A DNA stretch of 64,000 nt from an uncultured Alphaproteobacteria bacterium. Its GTDB lineage: Bacteria > Pseudomonadota > Alphaproteobacteria > Rs-D84. Every line of letters begins with the position of its first letter. Within the stretch, counting starts at the first letter, position 1. This document shows, in pieces, positions 1 through 9,422 of this stretch. Under the pieces are notes generated by a model that worked only from the letters and a program-made list of their open reading frames with translations, ran no database searches and was not told the origin of the DNA. A program made the position numbers and the translations under genes. The stretch is from the NCBI GenBank assembly GCA_934230415.1, contig CAKQEW010000001.1, positions 12,258 through 76,257 on the forward strand. The letters run 5' to 3'.

Positions 1-1019
1 CACGTTTCTGTTTGGCCAAATCCTTCGCGTAATTTAATCCCTGTCTGTTCCAGGAATTTATAATACACCTCTGGATTCAGTGCTTCGCCTGCGATATCAA
101 CCTTGGTCAATGATGACAAGTCATACTTGCTTAAATCGCCATGGATTAACATTTTGTATGCCGTCGGTGGTGCACAGAACGACGTTACGTGATTTTCCGA
201 CATCGCCGTTAATAAATCGTGTGCGGTCGCAATACCGGAAAAGTCATACACAAACACCGTTGCGCCCGCCATCCACTGGCCATACATTTTACCCCACGAA
301 CATTTCGCCCAACCCGATTCAGACACCGTCAGATGGATATCACCATCGCGCAGACGTTGCCAAAACACGGCGGTATTAATATGCCCCAACGGATATGTGA
401 AATCGTGTGCAACCATTTTTGGTAAATCTGTGGTGCCACTGGTGAAATAAATCACCATTGTGTCCGTGTTTTCATTTGGGACACGCGCAAACGTTGTTGG
501 CTCCGTCTGGGTCGCATTTGCGATTTCATCACTGGAAATTAATTGAATCGCACTGTCGCCAATGGCGGTCTTGATTTCATTCATAACCGAACCATCATCA
601 AACGCAACAATCGCCACGACACCGGCCGTATCAATACGATATTTGATATCTTCGGCCTTTAATTGATTGGTTGATGGAATTGGAATCGCCCCCAATTTGT
701 GCATCGCCATCATCAAAATCCAATATTCCCAACGGCGACGCATAAACAGTAACGCAGTGTCACCCTTCTTTAACCCACGCGCGGCCAGAAAGTTCGCCAC
801 GGAATTTGACATCAATGATAAATCACGAAATGTAAAAGTCTTTTTTTCACCACTGTCATTTGTCCACAACAATGCAACATGATCAGGATCTTCGTTCGCC
901 AAAACATCAATAACGTCATAGGCGAAATTAAATTTGTCCGGGACGATTGGCACAGCGTTTTCCAGATAATCCTCATAGCTGTCAAATTTGTCCTTGGACA
1001 GGAATCTTAATGCAAACAT
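1..1019 (-). CDS. AMP-dependent acyl-CoA synthetase/ligase, 5' part only (continues beyond window start)
   Basis: Manual reverse-strand translation from ATG at 1017-1019 gives MFALRFLSKDKFDSYEDYLENAVPIVPDKFNFAYDVIDVLANEDPDHVALLW...VIYFTSGTTDLPKMV. This carries the AMP-binding signature (YFTSGTTGxPK-like). No stop before position 1. Confidence 0.7.
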   Translation of the reverse strand, partial: MFALRFLSKDKFDSYEDYLENAVPIVPDKFNFAYDVIDVLANEDPDHVALLWTNDSGEKKTFTFRDLSLMSNSVANFLAARGLKKGDTALLFMRRRWEYWILMMAMHKLGAIPIPSTNQLKAEDIKYRIDTAGVVAIVAFDDGSVMNEIKTAIGDSAIQLISSDEIANATQTEPTTFARVPNENTDTMVIYFTSGTTDLPKMVAHDFTYPLGHINTAVFWQRLRDGDIHLTVSESGWAKCSWGKMYGQWMAGATVFVYDFSGIATAHDLLTAMSENHVTSFCAPPTAYKMLIHGDLSKYDLSSLTKVDIAGEALNPEVYYKFLEQTGIKLREGFGQTET

Positions 1020-1156
1020 ATTTTTCCTTTCTTTTGTACCTGATAAAATATGACAAATTTTTTGATATTTACAAGTATAAAAGGCAAATAAAAGTTGTTG
1101 ATTTTTTGTTCCATGCGTTGCATAATCCCTGGCGCATATTTGATATACCCAGTTTT

Positions 1157-1216
<60 letters not shown>

Positions 1217-1233
<17 letters not shown>

Positions 1234-1485
1234 GAAAAATATACCATGCGATTTGCATGGTATTTTTTATAGGCGGAATTGTACGGTTCAATCACACATT
1301 ATGAAATAATGTCCTGGTTCGTAACGCAGCGCGTCAGCGCAGCCCAGTCACTCCGACCAGAAAAATATACCATGCGATTTGCATGGTATTTTTTGTGGGC
1401 GGAATTGTACGGTTCAATCACACATTATGAAATAATGTCTGGTTCGTAACGCAGCGCGCCAGCGCAACCCAGTCACCCCCGACCA
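1217..1485. repeat. Tandem direct repeat (~125-126 bp unit, 2 full + 1 partial copy) of the tRNA-Pro 3' end (cccagtcactccgacca) plus a downstream terminator hairpin
   Basis: cccagtcactccgacca occurs at 1217 and 1343, and as cccagtcacccccgacca at 1468. Each full copy carries ataccatgcgatttgcatggtat followed by a T-run. The intervening ~70 bp are nearly identical. Confidence 0.8.
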
Positions 1486-1658
1486 TGTGACCATAAAAAA
1501 CACGGAATTTTTTATTAGACAAAATACAGTAAAATCAATTAGACGAAAAATCAAGAAAACCGTTATTCGCCTGCTGTCCTGTTGGTGGCCAACCAGACGG
1601 TTACGTGCCACAATCAGAACCAAACTGGAACACGCATTGAATTATAAACAACTGCATT

Positions 1659-1687
1659 AAAAAACGCGCCATTGGCGCGTTTTTTAT
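1659..1687. terminator. Bidirectional rho-independent terminator (aaaaaacgcgccattggcgcgtttttt)
   Basis: Perfect GC-rich palindrome flanked by an A-run and a T-run. Lies downstream of the fabF operon on the minus strand. Confidence 0.6.
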
Positions 1688-1890
1688 TTCTGTTTCGTTT
1701 TGCTTTTTGGGCAACCTGCCTTCTTTCTGAACGCATGTTCCATGAAAATATACAGCAATGCCACATAAAATATCGCCAATGAATCCACACCAGATACGGA
1801 AAAATCACCCCAGACGCATTTTATCACACTGGCCGTCAGAAAAATTCCCATAGCGACAATTAAACAAATAATTTTTGTCTTTCTTGTCAT
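1684..1890 (-). CDS. small hypothetical membrane protein (2 predicted TM segments)
   Basis: ORF MTRKTKIICLIVAMGIFLTASVIKCVWGDFSVSGVDSLAIFYVALLYIF... immediately downstream of fabF. Weak RBS. Could be spurious. Confidence 0.2.
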   Translation of the reverse strand: MTRKTKIICLIVAMGIFLTASVIKCVWGDFSVSGVDSLAIFYVALLYIFMEHAFRKKAGCPKSKTKQK

Positions 1891-1900
1891 GTGTGATGCC

Positions 1901-3154
1901 TTACTGTTCAACACGTTTCAGAACCAAACTGGCGTTTGTTCCACCGAATCCGAAACTGTTGCTGATGGCGACATCAACCTTGCGCTTCTTGGCGACATTC
2001 GGCACCAGGTCAAAATCACCAACGGCATCTTCTGGGTTTTCAAGGTTGATTGTTGGTGGCACAATGCCATCGCGGATGGCCAATGTGCAGAATATCGCCT
2101 CTACGGCGCCGGCGGCCCCCAGCAAGTGTCCCGTCACAGATTTCGTTGACGACATTGAAACCGGTGCATCACCAAACAATGTTTTCACCGCCGCCAATTC
2201 ACCAATATCCCCCAGACCGGTTGATGTACCATGTGCATTGACGTAATCAACATCTGACGGCTGCAAACCGGCATCACGCAATGCCGCGCGCATCGCACGC
2301 AGGCCACCCTCGCCACCTTCGGCTGGGGCGGTGATATGATACGCATCACCCGACAGACCGTATCCGGCAACCTCGGCATAAATCTTGGCACCACGCGCAA
2401 CGGCGTGTTCGTATTCTTCCAGGATTAAAATTCCCGCACCCTCTGACATGACGAAACCATCACGATCCTTGTCCCACGGACGCGATGCCGCGGTTGGATT
2501 ATCATTGCGTGTGGACAATGCCTTCATTGCATTAAAACCGGCAATACCAATTACATCAATTGCGCCTTCGGTTCCACCGGCGACCATAATATCGGCATCC
2601 CCATGTTCAATCAGACGGGCCGCTTCGCCAATAGAATGCGCCCCGGTCGCACATGCGGTCACAACAGCCAAATTCGGTCCCTTTAATCCATACTTTATGG
2701 AAATGTGTCCCGCCGTCATGTTGATAATTGATTTCGGAATAAAGAACGGACTGATACGGCGTGGGCCACCAGTATACAGTTCAACACAATTTTCGTAAAT
2801 AGATGTCAAACCACCGATACCGGCACCAACAGATACGCCAAAGCGTTCTTTGTCGCCATCATAATCAATCAATCCAGCATCACGCAACGCCTCGTCTGCG
2901 GCGACAACACCATACGCGATTGATTTGTCCATTTTACGTAATTCTTTTGGATTCAACACAGATTCCGGATTATATTGGCCCGGTTCGGTCCCATGAATCG
3001 GCATACCGGCAATCTGGGTCGCCAGCGCAGACGCGTCAAACGTATCAATTTTACGAATCCCAGACTTACCCGCGACAACATTCTGCCACGCATATTCAAT
3101 CCCCGTACCAACCGGCGATACAATCCCCATACCTGTGATAACTACTCTTCTCAT
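1901..3154 (-). CDS. fabF: 3-oxoacyl-[acyl-carrier-protein] synthase II
   Basis: 417 aa. MRRVVITGMGIVSPVG N-terminus, active-site Cys context (TACATGAHSIG), His-His pair (YVNAHGTST...GHLLGAAG). Typical KAS II length. Confidence 0.9.
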   Translation of the reverse strand: MRRVVITGMGIVSPVGTGIEYAWQNVVAGKSGIRKIDTFDASALATQIAGMPIHGTEPGQYNPESVLNPKELRKMDKSIAYGVVAADEALRDAGLIDYDGDKERFGVSVGAGIGGLTSIYENCVELYTGGPRRISPFFIPKSIINMTAGHISIKYGLKGPNLAVVTACATGAHSIGEAARLIEHGDADIMVAGGTEGAIDVIGIAGFNAMKALSTRNDNPTAASRPWDKDRDGFVMSEGAGILILEEYEHAVARGAKIYAEVAGYGLSGDAYHITAPAEGGEGGLRAMRAALRDAGLQPSDVDYVNAHGTSTGLGDIGELAAVKTLFGDAPVSMSSTKSVTGHLLGAAGAVEAIFCTLAIRDGIVPPTINLENPEDAVGDFDLVPNVAKKRKVDVAISNSFGFGGTNASLVLKRVEQ

Positions 3155-3275
3155 ACCTTTTCCTTTGTCAGAGTTTAACCATATGCCAATATCATAGACC
3201 GTTTATGCAATAAAATACAGCAAAAAAAATCCGCCGACAAATTTGCCCGGCGGATATATTTACAGAAACACAGGA

Positions 3276-3509
3276 TTATTTCTGGTGCGCTTCAATATAT
3301 TTCACAGCATCACCAACTGTATTCAATTTCGCAGCTTCTTCATCTGGAATTGTGATATCAAATTCTTTTTCTACTTCCATAACGAATTCTACAACATCCA
3401 AAGAATCAGCACCCAAATCGTTAACGAATGTAGAAGTTTCTGTAATCGTATCTTCCTTTACATTCAATTTTTCAGCTACGATTTTTTTTACTTTTTCAAA
3501 AGTTGTCAT
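3276..3509 (-). CDS. acpP: acyl carrier protein
   Basis: 77 aa with the LGADSLD phosphopantetheine attachment motif. Directly upstream of fabF. Confidence 0.9.
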   Translation of the reverse strand: MTTFEKVKKIVAEKLNVKEDTITETSTFVNDLGADSLDVVEFVMEVEKEFDITIPDEEAAKLNTVGDAVKYIEAHQK

Positions 3510-3596
3510 TTTTTATCCTTTGTTTCGGTTAAATTTGTGGCCCACCCAGGGGCGTCATTACTTAAAACTATCATTTTACAGGACGGGTGTCAAGAA

Positions 3597-3626
3597 ATTA
3601 TAACAAACGATAACAACACTTGACAA
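3597..3626 (-). promoter_or_regulatory. candidate sigma70 promoter for acpP-fabF (TTGTCA-18-TATAAT on minus strand)
   Basis: Minus strand reads ttgtcaagtgttgttatcgtttgttataat, about 90 bp upstream of the acpP start. Confidence 0.3.
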
Positions 3627-3642
3627 AAACACATTTCGGTGA

Positions 3643-4641
3643 TTACGCCATTACATCTGATAATAATGTGTTCATATTTGCACGCAAATCTTCGCGATCA
3701 GACGCCCAAACCAATTGTCGCATCAGGAATTTGTTTACATCATCCATTGTGACATTTGGTGCGCCCGCCGATGCGGCCACCGCGCGCCACGCATGACGCG
3801 GATCGGTCAAATGACCGCGCCCACGCCCCGGGAAAACCCAGCGACCATTTTGTGGCAAATCCTGCAATAACACCACCGCCGCATCTGATAACGGCCGATC
3901 ACACCACGTATCATGATTAAAATCCAAATCAGCCCAGCGCATTGCAAACACCTGGGATTTTGGTGCAAATCCATAAATCAGCATAAAAAACGCCGCACGC
4001 AGATTCTGGTTTTTCATATGTTTGATTTCACGAACCAGACGATAAAACACTGATTTATTCATCGGACGCACGCGGCGGTTCTGGGGAACCTCTGGCAAAT
4101 CGTCAATTGGCCCAGACGAAACATAGCCAACATCACGCGCGTATGAAAACATACTCTGTAATAATTCCTGCATACGACCACGAATTGCCGGCCCAGATAT
4201 TTTTTCAATCACGTGCACACAGTCATCACGCGTAATATCTGAAATATTTTTTGCGAACAATTCCGACAAATGCATATTAATCGCCCGCATCAATTTGTCA
4301 CGCGACGCTGGCGTGCGACGAACCCGCGCCGTCATATACATGTCTATGAATTTACGAAATGTAATTTTACGCCGGCGAACCGCAATCGGTGCATCGGCAC
4401 GCGCCAGCGCATCAGATACCGCGCTGCGCGCATCTTCTATGTCCATATCTGGATAATTACCGATGATAATGCGACGGTCACGCCCACGCACGCGATGGCG
4501 CACAAAAAATGTTTTGACCCCACGACTGGTTATATACATGCGCAGACGTGGTTCTGACAAGTCTTGGACAACATCAAAACCCGCACCAGGGGCCGGCAGA
4601 TTATCCAAAATAAACGGATTAAAAAAGAATTGATGTGCCAT
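3643..4641 (-). CDS. P4-type tyrosine integrase homolog, apparently C-terminally truncated or degenerate
   Basis: N-terminus matches the P4-integrase arm-binding domain (DUF4102-like): ...PRLRMYITSRGVKTFFVRHRVRGRDRRIIIGNYPDMDIEDARSAVSDALA. The central region resembles the core-binding/catalytic fold (LIYGF..MRWADLDF). The protein ends about 35 aa after the region aligning to the pre-HxxR segment, and no catalytic Tyr is evident. Confidence 0.6.
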   Translation of the reverse strand: MAHQFFFNPFILDNLPAPGAGFDVVQDLSEPRLRMYITSRGVKTFFVRHRVRGRDRRIIIGNYPDMDIEDARSAVSDALARADAPIAVRRRKITFRKFIDMYMTARVRRTPASRDKLMRAINMHLSELFAKNISDITRDDCVHVIEKISGPAIRGRMQELLQSMFSYARDVGYVSSGPIDDLPEVPQNRRVRPMNKSVFYRLVREIKHMKNQNLRAAFFMLIYGFAPKSQVFAMRWADLDFNHDTWCDRPLSDAAVVLLQDLPQNGRWVFPGRGRGHLTDPRHAWRAVAASAGAPNVTMDDVNKFLMRQLVWASDREDLRANMNTLLSDVMA

Positions 4642-4665
4642 GGCGGCCTCTTTCGTTTTTTATGT

Positions 4666-5082
4666 TTATTTCACATTTGCATATTTTCGCGACCAGAAAT
4701 ATTTTTTTGCATTTTCCAGTTCTTCGTACCGACGTTGTTTTACAAAATACATTCTGTTATTTGCATGGTTGGCACAGCGCATCTGGCAACACGTACGTTC
4801 CGGTTCAAAGAACCAGCACTGGTCACGCAACACGATTGGCGCCGGGCTGGAACCAAAAAACGGCGCATCAATCACAGAATCTATTTTCTGGTACTTTATG
4901 CACGCACAGACAGAATATGATTGTTCCAAACGTTCCAACCGGTGCGTTATCGCATCAAACGCCATATCCGCACCGACACGCGCACGTGCACACCGCGAAA
5001 CCAACGCATTGTATTCTGCACGATCGGCCGCGCGTTTATCGGCACTGGTTTTCAAATAATATCTGATTTTTTCAACAAGCAT
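4666..5082 (-). CDS. Cys-rich paralog family protein P1 (unknown function)
   Basis: 138 aa. N-terminus MLVEKIRYYLKTSADKRAADRAEYNALV and C-terminal ..ANH..YFWSRKY tail shared with 6 neighbouring paralogs. 8 Cys. Confidence 0.6.
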   Translation of the reverse strand: MLVEKIRYYLKTSADKRAADRAEYNALVSRCARARVGADMAFDAITHRLERLEQSYSVCACIKYQKIDSVIDAPFFGSSPAPIVLRDQCWFFEPERTCCQMRCANHANNRMYFVKQRRYEELENAKKYFWSRKYANVK

Positions 5083-5083
5083 A

Positions 5084-5476
5084 TCATCGTTCCTGTGAAT
5101 ATTTTGTGGGCCAAAATGCCTTTACCTGGCGACACATATCCTGGTATTCATGCAATTTTTCAATGTATGTGTGATTCGCCGCCGAAAAAGAACAGTTTTT
5201 CTCACGACATGGACTGTCCCATTTAAAGCAACTGCATTCTGACTGGGTCGTAAACGCATCGCAGCCGATGATATCCACCACCCGTTCCTTGACACAGGCA
5301 TGCGCAAAAAACATATCTTCATCCGGCAACAAATCCAAGCATATATCCTGGTATGCCAAATCCATTTCAGAATATGCACGATTACATTTACCAACCAGCG
5401 CAATATATTCCGCATGATCCGCCAGGCGTCGTGCCCGTGGTGTATTCAAACGATATTTGATTTTTTGTATTAACAT
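5084..5476 (-). CDS. Cys-rich paralog family protein P2 (start taken at MLIQKIKYRLNT)
   Basis: Family N-terminus after the internal Met. GGGGG RBS upstream of ATG at 5474-5476. The longer six-frame ORF extension is probably not used. Confidence 0.55.
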   Translation of the reverse strand: MLIQKIKYRLNTPRARRLADHAEYIALVGKCNRAYSEMDLAYQDICLDLLPDEDMFFAHACVKERVVDIIGCDAFTTQSECSCFKWDSPCREKNCSFSAANHTYIEKLHEYQDMCRQVKAFWPTKYSQER

Positions 5477-5487
5477 ATGTACCCCCG

Positions 5488-5901
5488 TTATCTGACACGC
5501 GAATATTTTTTCGCCCAAAAATTATCCACCGTACGCATCAGTTCACGCAAACGACCACGCGCCAAAAAGAATGCATGATTTTTTTCATGACACGCACAAC
5601 TGACCCGGCCACAGAAACCATTTGCCTTTTGCGGTGCAAAAAATGGGCAATAATCATTACGCACGATTATCGGCAAACATGCATTCAATGAATCCTGTAA
5701 ATATTCATCCATACGATACGGGATGCGCATAATACATGCCGGCGCCCCAGATTCAGAATTACCCTGCAATTCATCCTGGCGTTGTTTGCACAGTTTTTTC
5801 ATATTGGCCAATTTTCTGTTCAGCGCATTGAATTCTGCCAAATCTGCGTCGCGTTTTTTCTTGTCCGTTTTTATATAGTAAATTATTTTATCAATCAACA
5901 T
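5488..5901 (-). CDS. Cys-rich paralog family protein P3
   Basis: MLIDKIIYYIKTDKKKRDADLAEFNAL... AAGAGG RBS. C-terminal FWAKKYSRVR. Confidence 0.6.
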   Translation of the reverse strand: MLIDKIIYYIKTDKKKRDADLAEFNALNRKLANMKKLCKQRQDELQGNSESGAPACIMRIPYRMDEYLQDSLNACLPIIVRNDYCPFFAPQKANGFCGRVSCACHEKNHAFFLARGRLRELMRTVDNFWAKKYSRVR

Positions 5902-5924
5902 ATCTAGAACCTCTTTGTACTACT

Positions 5925-6344
5925 TTACTTGCCGTGGGTGCCACGCCATTTTTTCCCGGTAAAATTACGATACGCACGACATGCCGCATCATACTCCTGT
6001 TTTGCCTGAATCAGTTTTTGGTTTGCCGCATAGTGTTCGCAATCCACCTGGTCACACGCGTGTTTTTCTGAAAAATGCGAACAATGTTCTGGGACAAAAA
6101 TATCCAACGAATGATCCGCGTCTGGACAATATTCTGACGAGTCATAGCGAACACGTTTCACACAATTTTCACAATCAAATCGTGGTGTATCTGGCCCAAC
6201 AAACAACGTTGTTGTCACCGCATCACGTGCAAATGACAGATTAGTCGCCGCAATTTGGCACCCAATTGTCAGCATTTTTACCTGGTTATCATCCTGGCGA
6301 CGGCGCCGTGCCCCTATGAAGTATTTAATTTTTTCAAATAACAT
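5925..6344 (-). CDS. Cys-rich paralog family protein P4
   Basis: MLFEKIKYFIGARRRR... AAGGAG RBS. Cys-rich middle. Confidence 0.55.
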   Translation of the reverse strand: MLFEKIKYFIGARRRRQDDNQVKMLTIGCQIAATNLSFARDAVTTTLFVGPDTPRFDCENCVKRVRYDSSEYCPDADHSLDIFVPEHCSHFSEKHACDQVDCEHYAANQKLIQAKQEYDAACRAYRNFTGKKWRGTHGK

Positions 6345-6360
6345 TTATACACTCCTTTGC

Positions 6361-6711
6361 TTATTTTTCTTTTGCCATACATGACTGCATTTTATTTTTC
6401 CAAAACATTCCCATATGCCATTCGTACAGTGTGCGATATTTACGCGCACGAACAATATTACGTACATCTGGGAAAATCGGACATGTATGATTCTGGCAAC
6501 CTGCCCCGTTTGCATTCAGACAATAATCATCGTCCAAGAACATCATGCATGAATACACACATGTATTCTGGGCCGCAATATTTGCGAATGCATCACGTTC
6601 TGCACGCAATGTATCTGCATATTTTTGCCCCAGGTATTTAAAATCCGCCCGATGCATGGCACGTGTTTTATGGTCTGTATTTAATAAATATTTTACTCGT
6701 TCACAGAACAT
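6361..6711 (-). CDS. Cys-rich paralog family protein P5
   Basis: MFCERVKYLLNTDHKTRAMHRADFKYL... ...FWKNKMQ C-terminus. Confidence 0.55.
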   Translation of the reverse strand: MFCERVKYLLNTDHKTRAMHRADFKYLGQKYADTLRAERDAFANIAAQNTCVYSCMMFLDDDYCLNANGAGCQNHTCPIFPDVRNIVRARKYRTLYEWHMGMFWKNKMQSCMAKEK

Positions 6712-6719
6712 TGTTTTTC

Positions 6720-7115
6720 CTATTTTTCACGACGCGACTTTAATTTATTTGCATAAAAATTTGCCAGCATTTTATCGTACACTTCGCGTTGCTGGCGTGC
6801 CAGACACCACTGATTAATATACGACTGCATTGGACAACACGTATATGTTGCCCGACATCTATTCGCCTGAAAATTCTGGCAATCATGGCGTTCCTGAATC
6901 TGACCTGTCTTTGGATTTTCCACAAACACCTGGCATGCTGTTTCACGCCCAGTATATTCACCGCACGGGACATGCACGGTCATTTTTTCATATGCATCCA
7001 TTTCATCCCTGTACGTATCAAAATATCGCCGAAATAATTCACCGTATTCCGCCCGATCAGCCAAACGTGTTTTTTTATCAGTCTTTAATAAATACACAAT
7101 GTTATCCAGTATCAT
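6720..7115 (-). CDS. Cys-rich paralog family protein P6
   Basis: MILDNIVYLLKTDKKTRLADRAEYGELF... ...NFYANKLKSRREK. Confidence 0.6.
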   Translation of the reverse strand: MILDNIVYLLKTDKKTRLADRAEYGELFRRYFDTYRDEMDAYEKMTVHVPCGEYTGRETACQVFVENPKTGQIQERHDCQNFQANRCRATYTCCPMQSYINQWCLARQQREVYDKMLANFYANKLKSRREK

Positions 7116-7130
7116 TTTGCACCCCCGGCG

Positions 7131-7520
7131 TTATTTGCTGTTGTTTTTATGCGCGATACGGGCATCACGCCAGAAATGTTTTACCATATCATGCGCCACG
7201 CGCCATTTTTCATATGCGATGTCATATTTGTGCCGTGCAGGATACGATTTGCATCCGGTTACATTGCACATACAATCACCCCTGAAATGCGGGCAAATAT
7301 CTGTATTGTAATACGAGAAGCAAGGAAAATCATCCGCAGGATTTTCGCCTTCGTGAAACGTCACGCGAACACAGGCGCCTTCTCTCATTTCAGTGTATGC
7401 ATCAGACGCCACCCGCGCCAGTTGCTGTTCCTGCTGTTTCAGTTCTTGATAACGCAAACGATCGGCCACGCGCGTTTGTGCATCAGTTGCTATACGGTAC
7501 CGTATCATATCAATCAGCAT
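7131..7520 (-). CDS. Cys-rich paralog family protein P7
   Basis: MLIDMIRYRIATDAQTRVADRLRYQEL... AAGGAG RBS 7 nt upstream of ATG. ...HFWRDARIAHK. Confidence 0.6.
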   Translation of the reverse strand: MLIDMIRYRIATDAQTRVADRLRYQELKQQEQQLARVASDAYTEMREGACVRVTFHEGENPADDFPCFSYYNTDICPHFRGDCMCNVTGCKSYPARHKYDIAYEKWRVAHDMVKHFWRDARIAHKNNSK

Positions 7521-7538
7521 CGCAGACTCCTTTATCTA

Positions 7539-9335
7539 TTACGACACTTTCAGTGCATTGATAAACGCACTCTGTGGGATTTCAACATTCCCAAATGTGC
7601 GCATACGCTTTTTCCCCTCCTTCTGCTTCTCCAACAGTTTGCGCTTGCGGGTGATATCCCCACCATAACATTTCGCGGTTACATCCTTGCGATATGCCGC
7701 GATTGTTTCACGCGCAATAATTTTGCCACCGATTGCCGCCTGCAGTGGAATCTTGAACTGGTGACGTGGAATTAAATCTTTTAATTTTTCCACAATCTGA
7801 CGGCCACGCCGTTCGGCGAACATGCGATGACACATAAACGATAACGGTTCAACATTTTCATCATTGACCAGAATTGAAACCTTGACCAAATCAGACGGCT
7901 GGTACCCATTGACGACATAGTCAAACGATGCGTACCCCGATGATATAGATTTCACCCGATCATAGAAATCAAATACAATTTCCGCCAATGGCAACTGGTA
8001 CACCAATACGGCGCGATTACCAACATACGACACATTTTCCTGGACCCCACGGCGTTCCGAACACAGCGACATAATTCCGCCCATGTATTTATCAGGCATC
8101 ATAATCGTTGCGCGTACCCATGGTTCTTCAATAGATTGAATTTTCGTCACATCTGGCATATCCGCCGGATTTTCCAAATCAATGGTCGTGCCATCGCGCA
8201 TATGCACCTTGTACAACACACTGGGTACCGTATTTATCAGTGACAGATTGAATTCCCGCGCCAGGCGTTCACTGATAATTTCCATATGCAACAATCCCAA
8301 GAAACCGCAACGCAACCCAAACCCCAGCGCAGACGACTTTTCCGTTGTAAACATAAATGACGCGTCATTCAATGCCAGTTTTTCCGCACTGTCGCGCAGG
8401 TCTGGATAATCATCGGCGGATACCGGGAAAAACGACGAAAACACCACCGGCACCGATGGCTTGAATCCCGGCAATGGTTCAGACGCACCGGCCGATTTTG
8501 CATCGGCAATCGTGTCGCCAACCCGGCAATCATGAATTGTTTTCATCCCGGTAATAATAAATCCGATTTCACCCGTATCCAATGCGTCCGTATCAACCAT
8601 TTTGGGGGTAAAGTATCCGATTTTTTCAACCGTGTATTCGGCACCTGTTGCCAAGAATTTTATTTTCTGGCCACGCGACAGGCGCCCATCAACCACGCGC
8701 ACCAACACCACCACGCCCAGATATGAATCATACCACGAATCCACCAACAGTGCGCGCGTTGGCGCATTTTCATTTCCATGCGGGGACGGTAATTTTTTTA
8801 CAATTTCTTCCAGTAATTCTGGGACGCCGGCACCGGTCTTGCCCGAAACACACATGGCATTTTCCGCGTCCAGCCCGATAACATCGGCAATCTGTTCACG
8901 CGTTGCGGCAACATCACTGGATGGCAAATCAATCTTGTTCAGCACCGGCAGCATTTCCAAATCATTGTCCAACGCCAGATACGCGTTTGCCAGCGTCTGG
9001 GCCTGGACCCCCTGGGTCGCGTCAACCAGAATCAACGCGCCTTCGCACGCGGCCAGGCTGCGCGATACCTCGTACGAAAAATCCACATGTCCCGGCGTAT
9101 CCATCAAATTCAGCTGATACACCTGCCCATCACGCGCATGATAATTCAGACGCACCGTCTGGGCCTTTATCGTGATACCACGTTCACGTTCAATATCCAT
9201 AGAATCCAGAACCTGGGCCTTCATCTCGCGCGATTGCAGACCGCCCGTATACTCAATCAACCGGTCAGACAGTGTTGATTTACCATGATCAATATGCGCA
9301 ACAATGGCAAAGTTTCTGATATTTTTCTGATGCAT
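7539..9335 (-). CDS. lepA: translation elongation factor 4
   Basis: [18 protein letters not shown]1 motif, [13 protein letters not shown]. Full-length LepA-like C-terminus. Start chosen at MHQKNIRNF by analogy with E. coli LepA. The ORF extends to 9410. Confidence 0.9.
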   Translation of the reverse strand: MHQKNIRNFAIVAHIDHGKSTLSDRLIEYTGGLQSREMKAQVLDSMDIERERGITIKAQTVRLNYHARDGQVYQLNLMDTPGHVDFSYEVSRSLAACEGALILVDATQGVQAQTLANAYLALDNDLEMLPVLNKIDLPSSDVAATREQIADVIGLDAENAMCVSGKTGAGVPELLEEIVKKLPSPHGNENAPTRALLVDSWYDSYLGVVVLVRVVDGRLSRGQKIKFLATGAEYTVEKIGYFTPKMVDTDALDTGEIGFIITGMKTIHDCRVGDTIADAKSAGASEPLPGFKPSVPVVFSSFFPVSADDYPDLRDSAEKLALNDASFMFTTEKSSALGFGLRCGFLGLLHMEIISERLAREFNLSLINTVPSVLYKVHMRDGTTIDLENPADMPDVTKIQSIEEPWVRATIMMPDKYMGGIMSLCSERRGVQENVSYVGNRAVLVYQLPLAEIVFDFYDRVKSISSGYASFDYVVNGYQPSDLVKVSILVNDENVEPLSFMCHRMFAERRGRQIVEKLKDLIPRHQFKIPLQAAIGGKIIARETIAAYRKDVTAKCYGGDITRKRKLLEKQKEGKKRMRTFGNVEIPQSAFINALKVS

Positions 9336-9422
9336 GCGGCAATGATACACCAGTATATGATGATTTTCAACCGTATTTTTTGCAAAAAACCGGTGCACCA
9401 TTTGGCGCACCGTTCAATCTGA

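Larger units (their letters stand above)
3643..7520 (-). mobile_element. Putative relic integrative islet: degenerate integrase plus tandem array of 7 paralogous cysteine-rich genes
   Basis: Co-oriented, tightly packed (gaps 1-25 bp) genes between lepA and acpP. Integrase homolog at the 3' end. tRNA-Pro with triplicated 3' end lies 2.4 kb away. Confidence 0.3.

Noticed and set aside
3643-4641. Active prophage or ICE integrase marking a complete mobile element
   Set aside because: No phage structural, replication or conjugation genes anywhere nearby. The integrase appears truncated. The flanking genes are housekeeping (acpP-fabF, lepA). It is better described as a relic.
5084-5518. Full 144-aa form of paralog P2 starting at MGEKIFACQ
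   Set aside because: The family N-terminus begins at the internal MLIQKIKY with its own RBS. The longer form would overlap the upstream paralog's coding end by 30 nt.
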